A stretch of 64,000 bases of DNA from Octopus sinensis (lineage: Eukaryota): the NCBI RefSeq assembly GCF_006345805.1, contig NW_021833032.1, positions 107,516 to 171,515 of the forward strand. Reading direction: 5' to 3'. The stretch's first letter is position 1. The number at the start of each line of letters is the position of its first letter. This document shows, in pieces, positions 1 to 13,226 of this stretch. The translations under genes and the position numbers were made by a program. Under the pieces are notes generated by a model, which saw only the letters and a list, made by a program, of their open reading frames with translations, was not told where the DNA came from and did not search any database.

Positions 1-506
1 CTTTAAGACCGCGACCTGTTCACTGACAAAAATCCGTGCTGCATCTATATACAGTATGCCATTTATAACCAGTATGTCGTCAATATCCAACATGCCATCT
101 ATATCATCTATATCAGCTATATACAGTATGGTATCTATATCGCATGCCATCTATATTTTGTATATCCTCTATATTCTCTACATCTCAAAACTTTCGAATA
201 TGTCCGCTGTCTACTGATTATGTTTTATTATATTACGCATGTCTTAAAAGTTTCAATTGTCTATCATCTAAAGAAGATACCCTATCTGCATTCTACGTAG
301 ATTTAATTAATTCCCTGATAACTGAGAAATTGATATTCCTTCAAAATAATAACATGAATTCTTATTTTTGAGCAAGTTTTAATATTTTCTATCAAAGTAA
401 CATTTGTATATTTATCGCCGTATTTAAATAAGAAGAAAAACTAAAACCAAAAAGTAAGATATATGATTACCTTATGTTTCACTCCTGGTGAAATACATTT
501 TCTTAG

Positions 507-566
507 TGTCAACGATTTAAAAAAAAATTGTGATTTACTCAGTTCTTCTCTCTATTACACAGGATG
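507..566 (+). CDS. Candidate upstream coding exon of the adhesion GPCR
   Basis: Acceptor ttttcttag at 498-506, strong donor GTGAGT at 567, open 60-nt phase 2-2 frame VNDLKKNCDLLSSSLYYTG compatible with the exon at 1018. No recognisable motif. Confidence 0.3.
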
Positions 567-1017
567 GTGAGTTAAGTTTACTTTAATGCCTTCCTGTTAT
601 AGGTTCAGAGCTCCCTTGAATCATCTTCACTCAAGGCTTTAGGGACAGAAAATTGCGTGTAAAATGTTTTACTCAATACCTGAGGCACCAAATTGCCTCC
701 ATATAATTTCTGGCACCAAACCGCCCCTAATCCATCATTTAAAGGGATCGGTTTACGTGGTTCTAAATATGCTCCTTGTTTAAATTAACTTTTATTATTT
801 AAGACATAAGCTATAAGAGAGTAGGAACTTAATATATTTTCGGTTTCCACCAGAAACCATATCGATTTATTGCTGTTATCAACACCTGGCACGAAATATG
901 AATGTCGTTAATTATATTCTTGCTGGAATTATATTATCCTTCTTTCTTGTCAAATACAACAGCAGTTTCTCTTTACCTCTCAAGTACATTCACTTAGGGT
1001 TTTGTTTATAATTTCAG

Positions 1018-1187
1018 TGATCTAAGAAACAATAAAGATATGATGTGTGGATGTCACCTGCCAGCCTTGGTAAATTATACTAAATCAAAATTCAGCAGAA
1101 CTGTGTGGGTCGACGGCGAGTGTCAGACAGATCCAGGCAATAACCAAAGCAAAATTATACCTATAATGAAATACTCGCAATGTCAAA
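1018..1187 (+). CDS. aGPCR exon: last LRR strand plus LRR C-terminal cap (LRRCT)
   Basis: atttcag|...|GTTAGT, phase 2 to 1. Translation [56 protein letters not shown] has the xLxxN..CxCxL...C...C four-Cys pattern of LRRCT. Missed by the ORF track. Confidence 0.7.
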
Positions 1188-1947
1188 GTTAGTAAAATCT
1201 TCCTTGTTTTTGTTATTTAATTATTAGCACTAACAACGTCGGCGAGTTAACACAATCGTTGGCCCGCCGGACAAAACGCCCAGCAACATTTCGTGCAACG
1301 TTACAGTCATAGTTCAAACTCCGTCCAGAACGATTTTGCTTTTAACCCACTCGGGATCGATAACATAAGAATCACTTGAACGCTGTGGTCGATGTAATCA
1401 ACTAAATCTCTCCACACAATATTTCAGGCCATGTGCCTAATTGCCATAAAGAGAACTCGGGATATTCTCTCCTGCTCATAATATGTATGTAAATATATAT
1501 ATGTACACATACATACCCACACATACACACACATATACAGAGTGGCTCTGTGGTAAGAAGCTTGCTTCCCAACCAAATGGTTCCGGCTTTAGTACCACTG
1601 CATGACACCGTCCGACTAAGGCCTTGTGAGTAGATTTGGTAGAGGGAAACTGAAAGAATCCCATCGTGTATATACATATATATGAGTGTGTGTGTGTTTG
1701 TCTATCTGGGCTTGTCCCACTCACCATCGCTTGATAGCCGATGCTGGTGTGTTTACATCCCCGTAACGTGGCTGTTCGTCAAAGTAAACCGACAGAATAA
1801 GTACTAGGCTTACAAAGAATAAGATATGGGATCGATTTGTTCGACTAAAGGCGGTACTTTAGCATGGTCGCAGTCAAATAACTGAAACAAGTAAAAGAAT
1901 AAAGAATAAGAGAGTATAAAACACACAGGCACACGCACAGACACATG

Positions 1948-1997
<50 letters not shown>

Positions 1998-2019
1998 CAT
2001 ACATATATTAAATATATAT

Positions 2020-2068
<49 letters not shown>

Positions 2069-2612
2069 TATATATTATATATATATATGAATAAAAAATG
2101 GAGTTAACGCAGGTTTAAACAAGTATTTTTACTTTCTACATATGTTTCAAAAATTCCACTGATACTTATTCAAAAGAATAAAAGGTATAAACATTGCAAT
2201 CTTCTCTTCGGGAAAGTGAAAAAACGAAACTTGTCAATACGACATTTTAGCAAAAAATGATGGATTCGTATAGCGATAGACAGAACGCTATTAATATCGT
2301 TTAAAAAAACGTTATATGATATAACGTCATAAGTAGCTAACAGAAAGAGTAGGGATATTAATAGTGAATGTTAAATATAAAGGAAATTAAAGTCTAAACT
2401 ATATATAATGATAGAGACTACTTATATGCACTAAAAGTATGTTTCTGCCAATGCTTACATCTGTATGCTCGTTCTATAACCGTGTTTACTAGAGTATTTT
2501 TAGAAAAAATAATGAAAAATAGCTCAGAATTGCAGGGAAGACAGAATTTCTTGCCTTTGTAACTATTCATTCATTTATCCGTGTTAATTGTTAACAAGGT
2601 AAAATAAACTCA

Positions 2613-2697
<85 letters not shown>

Positions 2698-3114
2698 AAT
2701 ATTAGGGAATAAATCCAAATTTACAGGGAAAAAATCAGATTTAGGATTAAATCCAATTTTATAGTAAAATATTATATAATATTAATTCGAGACAAAACCA
2801 CTATTTTGCAAATCAAACAAGGAAAGACTTAATCAATACATAAAAAAATTTAATATAAAGTAAATAAACCGCCATTACAATTGTTTCATGTCTTCAAATG
2901 ACATTCGTCAGGTGGATTTCCGATCTTCTAATCAGTTTTAATTTATGAAGTCCATAAATTAAAACTGATTAGAAGATCGGAAATCCACCTGACGAATGTC
3001 ATTTGAAGACATGAAACAATTGTAGTGGCGGTTTATTTACTTTATATTAAATTTTTTTATGTATTGATTAAGTCTTTTCTTGTTTGATTTGCAAAATAGT
3101 GGTTTTGTCTCGAA

Positions 3115-3155
<41 letters not shown>

Positions 3156-5576
3156 TGGTCTCGCCCCACACAACGGTCCTCCACAATCCAGGCTTCACTT
3201 GGAGCAACGATTCATTTTCACTCTACAGACCCCACACGGACCCAACACAGCCCCTCCTCTTAGTTACTGCGCTCCACCTCTCCCCACTAGCAATTTTTTA
3301 TATTTTTTTACTTTATTATTATTATTTTTTTATATATATTTTTTGATATTTTGTCCTTATACAGAAACATATACACACACATACTCACGTATCCACGAAC
3401 ACATACTTCCAACACACCACACAAATACAACATACATGCACATGTACACACACATACTTCCACACCTATACATACACCCACACAACCATACGCGCACACA
3501 CACATGCCCGTGCACACACACCAACAGACAATACTCATACAGATACGCAAACACTTATAAACACCTAGCAGAGACACACACACACACATACACGCAAGTA
3601 AGCGCACACACGCACACAAGCACACGCATGTACATTACGCCCACACAACTCCAAGAAACCCCCCACACACGCATAAATTAACACACACACATACACATAC
3701 ATACATACATACACACACATACATACATACATACATTCATACATACATACACACACATACACACATACACACATACACACACATACACACATACATACAT
3801 ACATACATACATACATACATACACACATACATACGCACATACATGCATACACACATACACACACACATACACACATAAACTCATACATACATACACACAC
3901 ATACACACATACACACATACACACATACATACATACATACATACACACATACATACATACATACATGCATACACACACATACACACATACATACATACAC
4001 ACACATACATACACATATACATACATACACACATACATAGATACACATACATACACACACACACATACACACATACACACATACACGCATACACACATAC
4101 ATACATACACACACATACATACATACATGCACACACACAAACACACATACACACATACATACATACACACATACACAGACACACACATACATACATACAT
4201 ACACACATACATACATACATACATACACACACACATACACACAAACATACATACATACATACATACACACATACATACATACATACATACATACACACAT
4301 ACATACACACATACATGCATACACACATACACACACACATACACACATACATTCATACATACATACACACACACATACACACATACACATATACACACAC
4401 ATACACACATACATACATACATACATACACACATACATACATACATACATGCATACACACACACATATACACACATACATACATACACACATACATACAC
4501 ATATACATACATACATAGATACACATACATACACACACACACATACACACATACACACATACACGCATACACACATACATACACACACATACATACATAC
4601 ACACACATACACACATACACACATACATACATACATACACACATACACAGACACACACATACATACATACATATACACATACATACATACATACACACAC
4701 ACATACACACACATACATACATACATACATACACACATACATACATACACACATACATACACACATACATGCATACACACATACACACACATACACACAT
4801 ACTTTCATACATACACACACACACATACACACATACACACATACACACACACATACACACATACATACATACATACATACACACATACATACATACATAT
4901 ATGCATACAGACACACACATACATACATACACACACACATACACACATACATGCATACATACAACACACATACATACATACATACATGCATACACACACA
5001 CACATACACACATACATACATACACACACATACATACACATATACATACATACATACATAGATACACATACATACACACACACATACACACATACACACA
5101 TACACGCATACACACATACATACACACACATACATACGTACATACACACACATACACACATACACACATACATACATACAAACACACATACACATACACA
5201 CATACATACATACATACACACATACATACATACATACATACACACACATACACACACACATACATACATACATACATACATACACACATACATACATACA
5301 CACATACATACACACATACATGCATACACACATACACACACATACACACATACTTTCATACATACATACACACACATACACACATACACACATACACACA
5401 CACATACACACATACATACATACATACATACACACATACATACATACATACATACATACATGCATACACACACACACATACACACATACATACACACATA
5501 CATACACACACATACACACATACACACATACATACACACATACACACATACACAGACACACACATACATACATACA

Positions 5577-5607
<31 letters not shown>

Positions 5608-6715
5608 GGGGTTGGCTGTATTGCAGGCGTGTGTCAGTGTGTGTATGTGCCTGTGGATTCACATACACCCACACCAATTTTTTCCATCAATCTTTCAATT
5701 ATAAAGTGTGTGCCTGCATACATATATATACACACATATAAACATATAAACACACACATAAACCTCTACATTTGTACACACACGCACATGTATACATACA
5801 TTCACTCGCACGCACGTACACATACACGCACACACACACATTTACATATATATACAATACACGCACACACACATACACACGTACAAACACACACAAATTA
5901 ACATACACACCGATACATATACATACACACAATATATACCTACTCGCGCACGCACACATACACATACGTACACACATATAGGCACAGACACACACACATA
6001 CATACACACACAAAAACATGCGCACACATAGGCACGCACACACGCACACCAATGCACACACTCAAAATTCACAACCCCACAGATACACCCATCTACATCC
6101 ATATACACTTACACACACACACACACATACAAACGCACACATACACGAACACACAACTACACGCACATACATACACACACAAATGAACCCACACATACAT
6201 CTCATACACACTGCACGCAATTATACATACACGCACACAATTCTGCATACATATATATACACACACACGCACGTACAAGCACACACGCACACATACTTCT
6301 TTGACCCGTGGCTGGGACACAAAAAACACCACTCCTTATTCTTACAAACTGGCCAGCTACTAGCCTGTTGTTTGCAGCCAGAACCATACACACATACACA
6401 CACACGCACATACACACACACACGTGTCTTCATTGCACACATACACACACACGCGCACACGCAGACCTCCGCGCACGCACACATCCACACACATCCCCCT
6501 CCTACATTCCTTGTCTTTGACATACTACCATACTGTCTTTGAAAGCTCTTCTGTATTTGAAAACAACCTTCTTCACCCTTTCGACTTCCGGCCTTTCAAA
6601 ATGTGACCTCGTGTGTACCGTTGGCGATTTTTTTCCCCCTGTCTCTCCTTCTCGGGATCTTTCCTTCTCCTGTTTCCGACGAAGAGCTCCGCTCGAAACA
6701 TTAAACCCTCCTTCT

Positions 6716-6754
<39 letters not shown>

Positions 6755-9700
6755 TATTAGAGACAAAACCACTATTTTGCAAAACAAACAAGGAAAGACT
6801 TAATCAATACATACAATTTTAATAAATAGTCAAAAAAACCGCCACTACAATTGTTTCTTGTCTTGATCGACAATCTTCAGGTGGACTTCCAATCTAAAAT
6901 ATCAATATTTTAAAATATAAAAATAATAATTTTAAAATAATTAAAGTATGAATGAAGAAATATAAATATATAATCCATATATAACCTATATATAATCCAT
7001 ATATAATCAATATATAAACAATATATAAACTAAAATAAACCTATCAACAATTAAATATAAAATATAAAATATAAAATATAAAACAAAACAAAAAAATTAT
7101 AATAATATAATAATAAACTATATATACACCCATACACATATACCTAATTATATATAACCATATCTAACTACATACACTAAATCACACCCCTATATATATA
7201 TCCCTATACATACACATAAAAACGTCTAGGCAACTATAAATTAATAAAATAGCTAAATACTTCAACACAATACTTATTCATACTCCCACACACACACACA
7301 TACAACCCACATTCACGCTCTAGAAAACGGACATCACTTAAAATTATGAACGGAGAAATGGAATAAATGGAATTAAAAATTATATTCACTTGGTAAAACG
7401 AACACTACTTAAAAATTATGAATGAAACAATGCAATAAAACAACAGACATCGCAAATAGACACAAATTACTACGAATTCCTTAACAAACCTACCATGATA
7501 AACCAAAACTCATAAAAACATATAATGATAAAATCTCCCTTTACTAAACTCTATAACATACCTATATAGCAATCCCCCTAACCTAAACATTCACACACAA
7601 ATACACACACGTAAACCACACACCCACGACATATACAAATACCCACACCACTTACACAAACCTATACATACATATAAACCTCAACATATACTCCAAAAAC
7701 CCATTCAACCCCACACAGACAAATAAACACAAAAATTATGAATGGATTCTTTTATAAAACTACCATGATAAGCTAAAACTCACCGCGTACCTGGAATTGC
7801 ATGTGAGCCTCAACATATACACCAAACGGCCACTCCCGCCCTATACGGACAAATAAACACATACATCCCCAAAAATGGGCGTAATCCCACTCACACCAAT
7901 CATATGTATACAATTATACACACTAGAATAATACATAACTAACCCAAATATACAGAACATATTAAAAATCACCAACAAACCACCATCACAAATGAAACCT
8001 ACACCCATACAATGACAAAACTCCCCCCTCTATACCCAATTTACACCCACATAGCAATTCCAATATATTCATCCATACATGGACGCACGTGCGTGAAGCA
8101 CATGCACACAATAAATACGTACAACCCCCCAATACACACTCATATACATACGTATCAAGCTCGACATCCACAGCAATACGCTTACACCCACTCACACCCA
8201 GATGGGTGAATTGCACAACCAGTGAACGCACACACACACGTGTGCGTATTTTGATTGTGCAACTCGCCCATATGCATGTATGCGGGCGCGATTACATTGT
8301 TGCACATATCGAGCCCAACTAGCATGCATATGTACATGTGAGGGGGTACACGTACATGCCGTGCGCGTGTACCCCCTGCATTTATACCGTGCGTGTATAT
8401 ACACATGGAGACTACCACACAGGTACAAATGTGTATAGTAATGGGAGCCCCATCACTACACTCAATGTATACTCTCACCCATCCGCACGGATTGAAAGCG
8501 AATATCCGGTGTATATGTTGAGGCTTATATGTAGCGCTGTGGAGTTGAACGTCGTTGAAATTGTGAATGAATGGGTGGAGTTGGGAATTGTAACCGGGTG
8601 GTGGGCTAGCGTTGCTTGGAATTGGGAATGGAATAGTGTAGTAGTAAGGCAGGCATCGAGAATAGATTTGGGTTACTGCAAGTTGTTTGTTAGAGCTGCT
8701 AAGATGAGCTAAAGCTCATAATTGTATATAATAATTTATTATGGCAGTTTTATTAAAGAAACCATTCATAATAAATTTTTTTAAGTAGTGTTGGTTTGCC
8801 ACGTGGATATAGTTTTTAGTTCCATTTATTCTATTTCTCCATTCATAATTTTAAATGACGTTTACTTTCCATGGCGCGTATTCTTTTTTTACATAAGTTA
8901 TATTTCTATGGTAACGTAATTTTGGTTTGGTTTTTTTAACGGCTAAGAATTTAATTTCACTTCATAATTTGAAACTGACTTGTAAGTATGTATTTTATTT
9001 CTCCTTATGTCATATTGTTATTTTTGATATTCTGGTTAATTACGATGTATTTAATGTTGTTTTTTATTGGAGTGTTTATGTATATGAGATTGTGTGTGAG
9101 TTTTCAGTTGTATAATTTATTTATCTGTATGAGTGTGGGTGTGTAAATATTGTTGTATATATCGATTTAGTGAGTATGTATATGCGTATATGTGAGGGAG
9201 TATATGTATCTGTTGTGTGTGTGTGTTTTTCGTGTGTGTGTGTTTGTGTGTGAATGTGTATATGGGTTTGTTATTAGGTTTTGGGATGTATGTATTAATT
9301 TGTCTGTGTGGGGAGGGAGTGGGTTTTTGTGTATATTGAGGTTTATAAGTTAGTATAGGTATGTGTATAAGTCGTGGGTCTGTGGTTTACGTGTGTGTTT
9401 TTTTGTGTGTGAATGTTTAGGTTAGGGGGATTGCTATATAGGTTTGTTATAGAGTTCAAAGGGAGATTTTATCGTTATATGTTTTTAAGAGTTTTGGTTT
9501 ATCATGGTTTTTTTAGGGAATTCGTGGTAATTTGTCTATTTTCGATGTTGGTTGTTTTATTACATTGTTTCATTCATAATTTTTGAGTGGTGTTCGTTTT
9601 GCCACGTGAATATTATTTTTAATTCCATTTATTCCATTTCTCCATTCATTATTTTAAAAGATGTTCGTTTCCAGAGCGGTTATACTTTATACATATGTTA

Positions 9701-11014
9701 AGTTCCTTGGTAAAGTAATTTTGTTTGGTGTATATGTTGAGGCTTATATATACTTGTGGGTGTGTGTGAGTGGGGTGGGTGTTTGTATTTGTTATGGTGT
9801 GTGGTTTACGTCTGTGTATTTGTGTGTGAATGTATAGGTTAAAGGATTGCTATATAAGTATGTTATAGTGTTTAGTAAAGGGAGGTTTTATCATTTATGT
9901 TTTGTGAGTTTTAGCTTATCATGGTAGTTTTATAAAAGAATCCATTCATAATTTTTGTGTTTATTTGTCTGTGTGGGGTTGAGTGGGTTTTGGAGTATAT
10001 GTTGAGGTTTATATGTATGCATAGGTATGTGTAAGTGGTGTGGGTATTTGTATATGTCGTGGGTGTGTGTTTACGTGTGTGTATTTGTGTGTGAATGTTT
10101 AGTTAGGGGGATTGCTATATAGGTATGTTATAGAGTTTAGTAAAGGAGATTTTATCATTATATGTTTTTATGAGTTTTGGTTATCATGGTAGGTTTGTTA
10201 AGGAATTCGTAGTAATTTGTGTCTATTTGCGATGTCTATTGTTTTATTTTGCATTGTTTCATTCATAATTTTTAAGTAGTGTTCGTTTTACCAAGTGAAT
10301 ATAATTTTTAATTCCATTTATTCCATTTCTCTCCGTTCATAATTTTAAGTGATGTCCGTTTCTAGAGCGTGAATGTGGGTTGTATGTGTGTGTGTGTGGG
10401 AGTATGAATAAGTATTGTGTTGAAGTATTTAGCTATTTTATTTATTTATAGTTGCCTAGACGTTTTTATGTGTATGTATAGGGATAATATATATAGGGTG
10501 TGATTTAGTGTATGTAGTTAGATATGGTTATATATAATTAGGTATATGTGTATGGGTGTATATATAGTTTATTATTATATTATTATTATTTTTTGTTTTT
10601 TTTTATATTTTTATTTTATATTTTATATTTTATATTTAATTGTTGATAGGTTTATTTTAGTTTATATATTGTTTATATATTGATTATATATGGATTATAT
10701 ATAGGTTATATTGGATTATATATTTTATTTCTTCATTCATACTTTAATTATTTTAAAATTATTATTTTTATATTTTAAAATATTGATATTTTAGATTGGA
10801 AGTCCACCTGAAGATTGTCGATCAAGACAAGAAACAATTGTAGTGGCGGTTTTTTTGACTATTTATTAAAATTTTATGTATTGATTAAGTCTTTCCTAGT
10901 TTGTTTTGCAAAATAGTGTTTTGTCTCTAATAATATTTTATAATATTTTACTATAAAATTGGATTTAATCCTAAATCTGATTTTTCCCTGTAAATTGGAT
11001 TTATTCCCTAATAT

Positions 11015-11058
<44 letters not shown>

Positions 11059-12358
11059 TGCAAATAAGAAAATGAAGAAGCACATTAGTTGGTTCATCAA
11101 CTTTAGGACATTAAAATGTTGACTATTTATCAAAAACGACACCAAAGTAACATACATACATATAGTATATTATTCAATGCATATAATACGAGCAGTTATT
11201 AAAAAACCTGAATATAAATTATCAATTATATATATATATATATATATATAATATGTGTGTGTGTGTTGTATATATATATATATATTATATATATATATAT
11301 ATATAATATATATATATATATATACATACATATATACATACATAATATATATGTATGTATATATAAATACAAACATACATACACACACATATATATATAT
11401 ATATATACATCATTTTGTGAGGAGGGAATTAGTTGATTACATCGACGGCAGCGTTCAACTGATACTACTTATTGCCAAACTAATGAGGTAGTCCATAGAT
11501 ATAGGAGGAATTCTGCTGTTGATTAGCTCAGATCGCCTCTAGCTAGCTATATAACGCACAAATCTGTGTCCATAAACCTTCGAACGGGATAGGTCATCAA
11601 CTTCCCCTTGCTTGCTTGGCATCAACAGACCGGTTTCGGGGTAGTTGCTCCTTATCAAAGTGGAGCAGCCGAGGCCAGCAGGGGTCACTGTTGACCTCTG
11701 TTCAGCATTCGTTCTATTTCTCTGGACTGCCAAGTTAGTTTGGCAATACGTATTAATACCTCTTACTGCTGAGATTTTGAAATTATAACATTTCTATTTC
11801 TGAAAATCAGGGAATGTGTTTCACTGAATAGAATCTTCAAACAGAGGTCGACCCCTACTGAACTCGGCTGCTCCACATTGATAAAGAGCAATTACTCCGA
11901 AACCGGTCAGTGAGTGTGAAACCAGCAGAGGGAAATCGATGACTTCCCCTCTTCGAAGGTTTTTGCACGCAGATTTGTGCGTCATGTAGCTAGTAAGATG
12001 CGATCCCTTCTCGGAGCTCATCAACAGCAGCATTCGTCCTACTTCTCTAGACTACTACGTTTGTTTGTCAATAAATATTAATACCCAGTACTGGTGCTGT
12101 ATCTCTACTTAAGAGAGACTTAGAAATTATAACATTTCTACTTTTGAATATCAATGACAGTTTCATTGAATATACACACGCACACACATATATATATTAG
12201 GAGAGATATCAGAAGAGATAACTGGGATTAACATGGATTTCAGTCATGGATTTCAGTCATGCGAAGGTGGAACATCACCTTTAGTCGAACAAATCAACTC
12301 TTTGTACTTATTCTGTCGGTATTTCGCCAACCGCAAGTATATATATATATAATATATA

Positions 12359-12405
<47 letters not shown>

Positions 12406-12816
12406 TTAGGGAATAAATCCAAATTTACAGGGAAAAAATCAGATTTAGGATTAAATCCAATTTTATAGTAAAATATTATATAATATTAATTCGAGACAAA
12501 ACCACTATTTTGCAAAACAAACAAGGAAAGACTTAATCAATACATAAAAAATTTTAATATAAAGAAATAAACCGCCACTACAATCGTTTCATGTCTTCAA
12601 TGACATTCGTCAGGTGGATTTTCGATCTCCTAATCTGTTTTAATTTATGAACTAAATTAAAACAGATTAGGAGATCGAAAATCCACCTGACGAATGTCAT
12701 TGAAGACATGAAACGATTGTAGTGGCGGTTTATTTCTTTATATTAAAATTTTTATGTATTGATTAAGTCTTTCCTTGTTTGTTTTGCAAAATAGTGGTTT
12801 TGTCTCGAATTAATAT

Positions 12817-12891
<75 letters not shown>

Positions 12892-13185
12892 GTATAAACT
12901 TAGATAAACTTAGATATGTTTCGACCAAAGGGGACGTATAGCCCGTGGTCCAAGTCTTGGATGAACCTTGAAGCTAATGTTAGGTCGTTTGGGCAAAGTT
13001 GGCGGTATATTTTCCACATCGTACAAATGATGTACCGCTCAAGGCGACGCTGGAGGGAGTAAAGTTTCAAGGCTTTAAGGCGATCCCAATAATCGAGAGC
13101 AGCCATGCCTTCAATTTGTTTAGTGAGAGCCCTCTGGGGTGACTCAATTCTGGAGATGTTTTGTCTTGTGTGAGGAGACCACAGT

Positions 13186-13226
<41 letters not shown>

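Larger units (their letters stand above)
2694..3126. mobile_element. Fold-back Penelope-like (pLTR-derived) element copy A with mirror-image hammerheads
   Basis: ~80-bp unique end then inverted repeat 2774-2947 / 2953-3126 around a 5-nt loop (AAGTC). (TA)n on both sides. The Penelope assignment follows from the known link between minimal type I hammerheads, inverted pLTRs and PLEs. Confidence 0.75.
6747..11016. mobile_element. Long fold-back Penelope-like element copy C (~1.04-kb inverted arms, 2.1-kb spacer)
   Basis: 6747-7783 is the reverse complement of 9904-10939. 10940-11016 is the reverse complement of the unique end of copy A. (TA)n on both sides. The spacer holds further diverged sub-repeats of the arm. 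Confidence 0.75.
12398..12821. mobile_element. Fold-back Penelope-like element copy B with mirror-image hammerheads
   Basis: Same unique end as copy A. Inverted repeat ~12478-12647 / 12653-12821 around loop TGAAC, with one 1-nt indel between arms. (TA)n on both sides. Confidence 0.75.

Noticed and set aside
144-371. ORF containing LIFLQNNNM, faintly LRR-like
   Set aside because: Incomplete LRR consensus, ends in a stop, and no fitting splice sites.
3565-6523. Very long ORFs (up to 594 aa) of HTY/CVYM composition on both strands
   Set aside because: They are translations of CA/CATA microsatellite, which lacks stop codons by construction.
8341-8377. 12-bp GC-rich hairpin AGGGGGTACACG/CGTGTACCCCCT
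   Set aside because: It lies in the spacer of fold-back copy C with no independent evidence of function.
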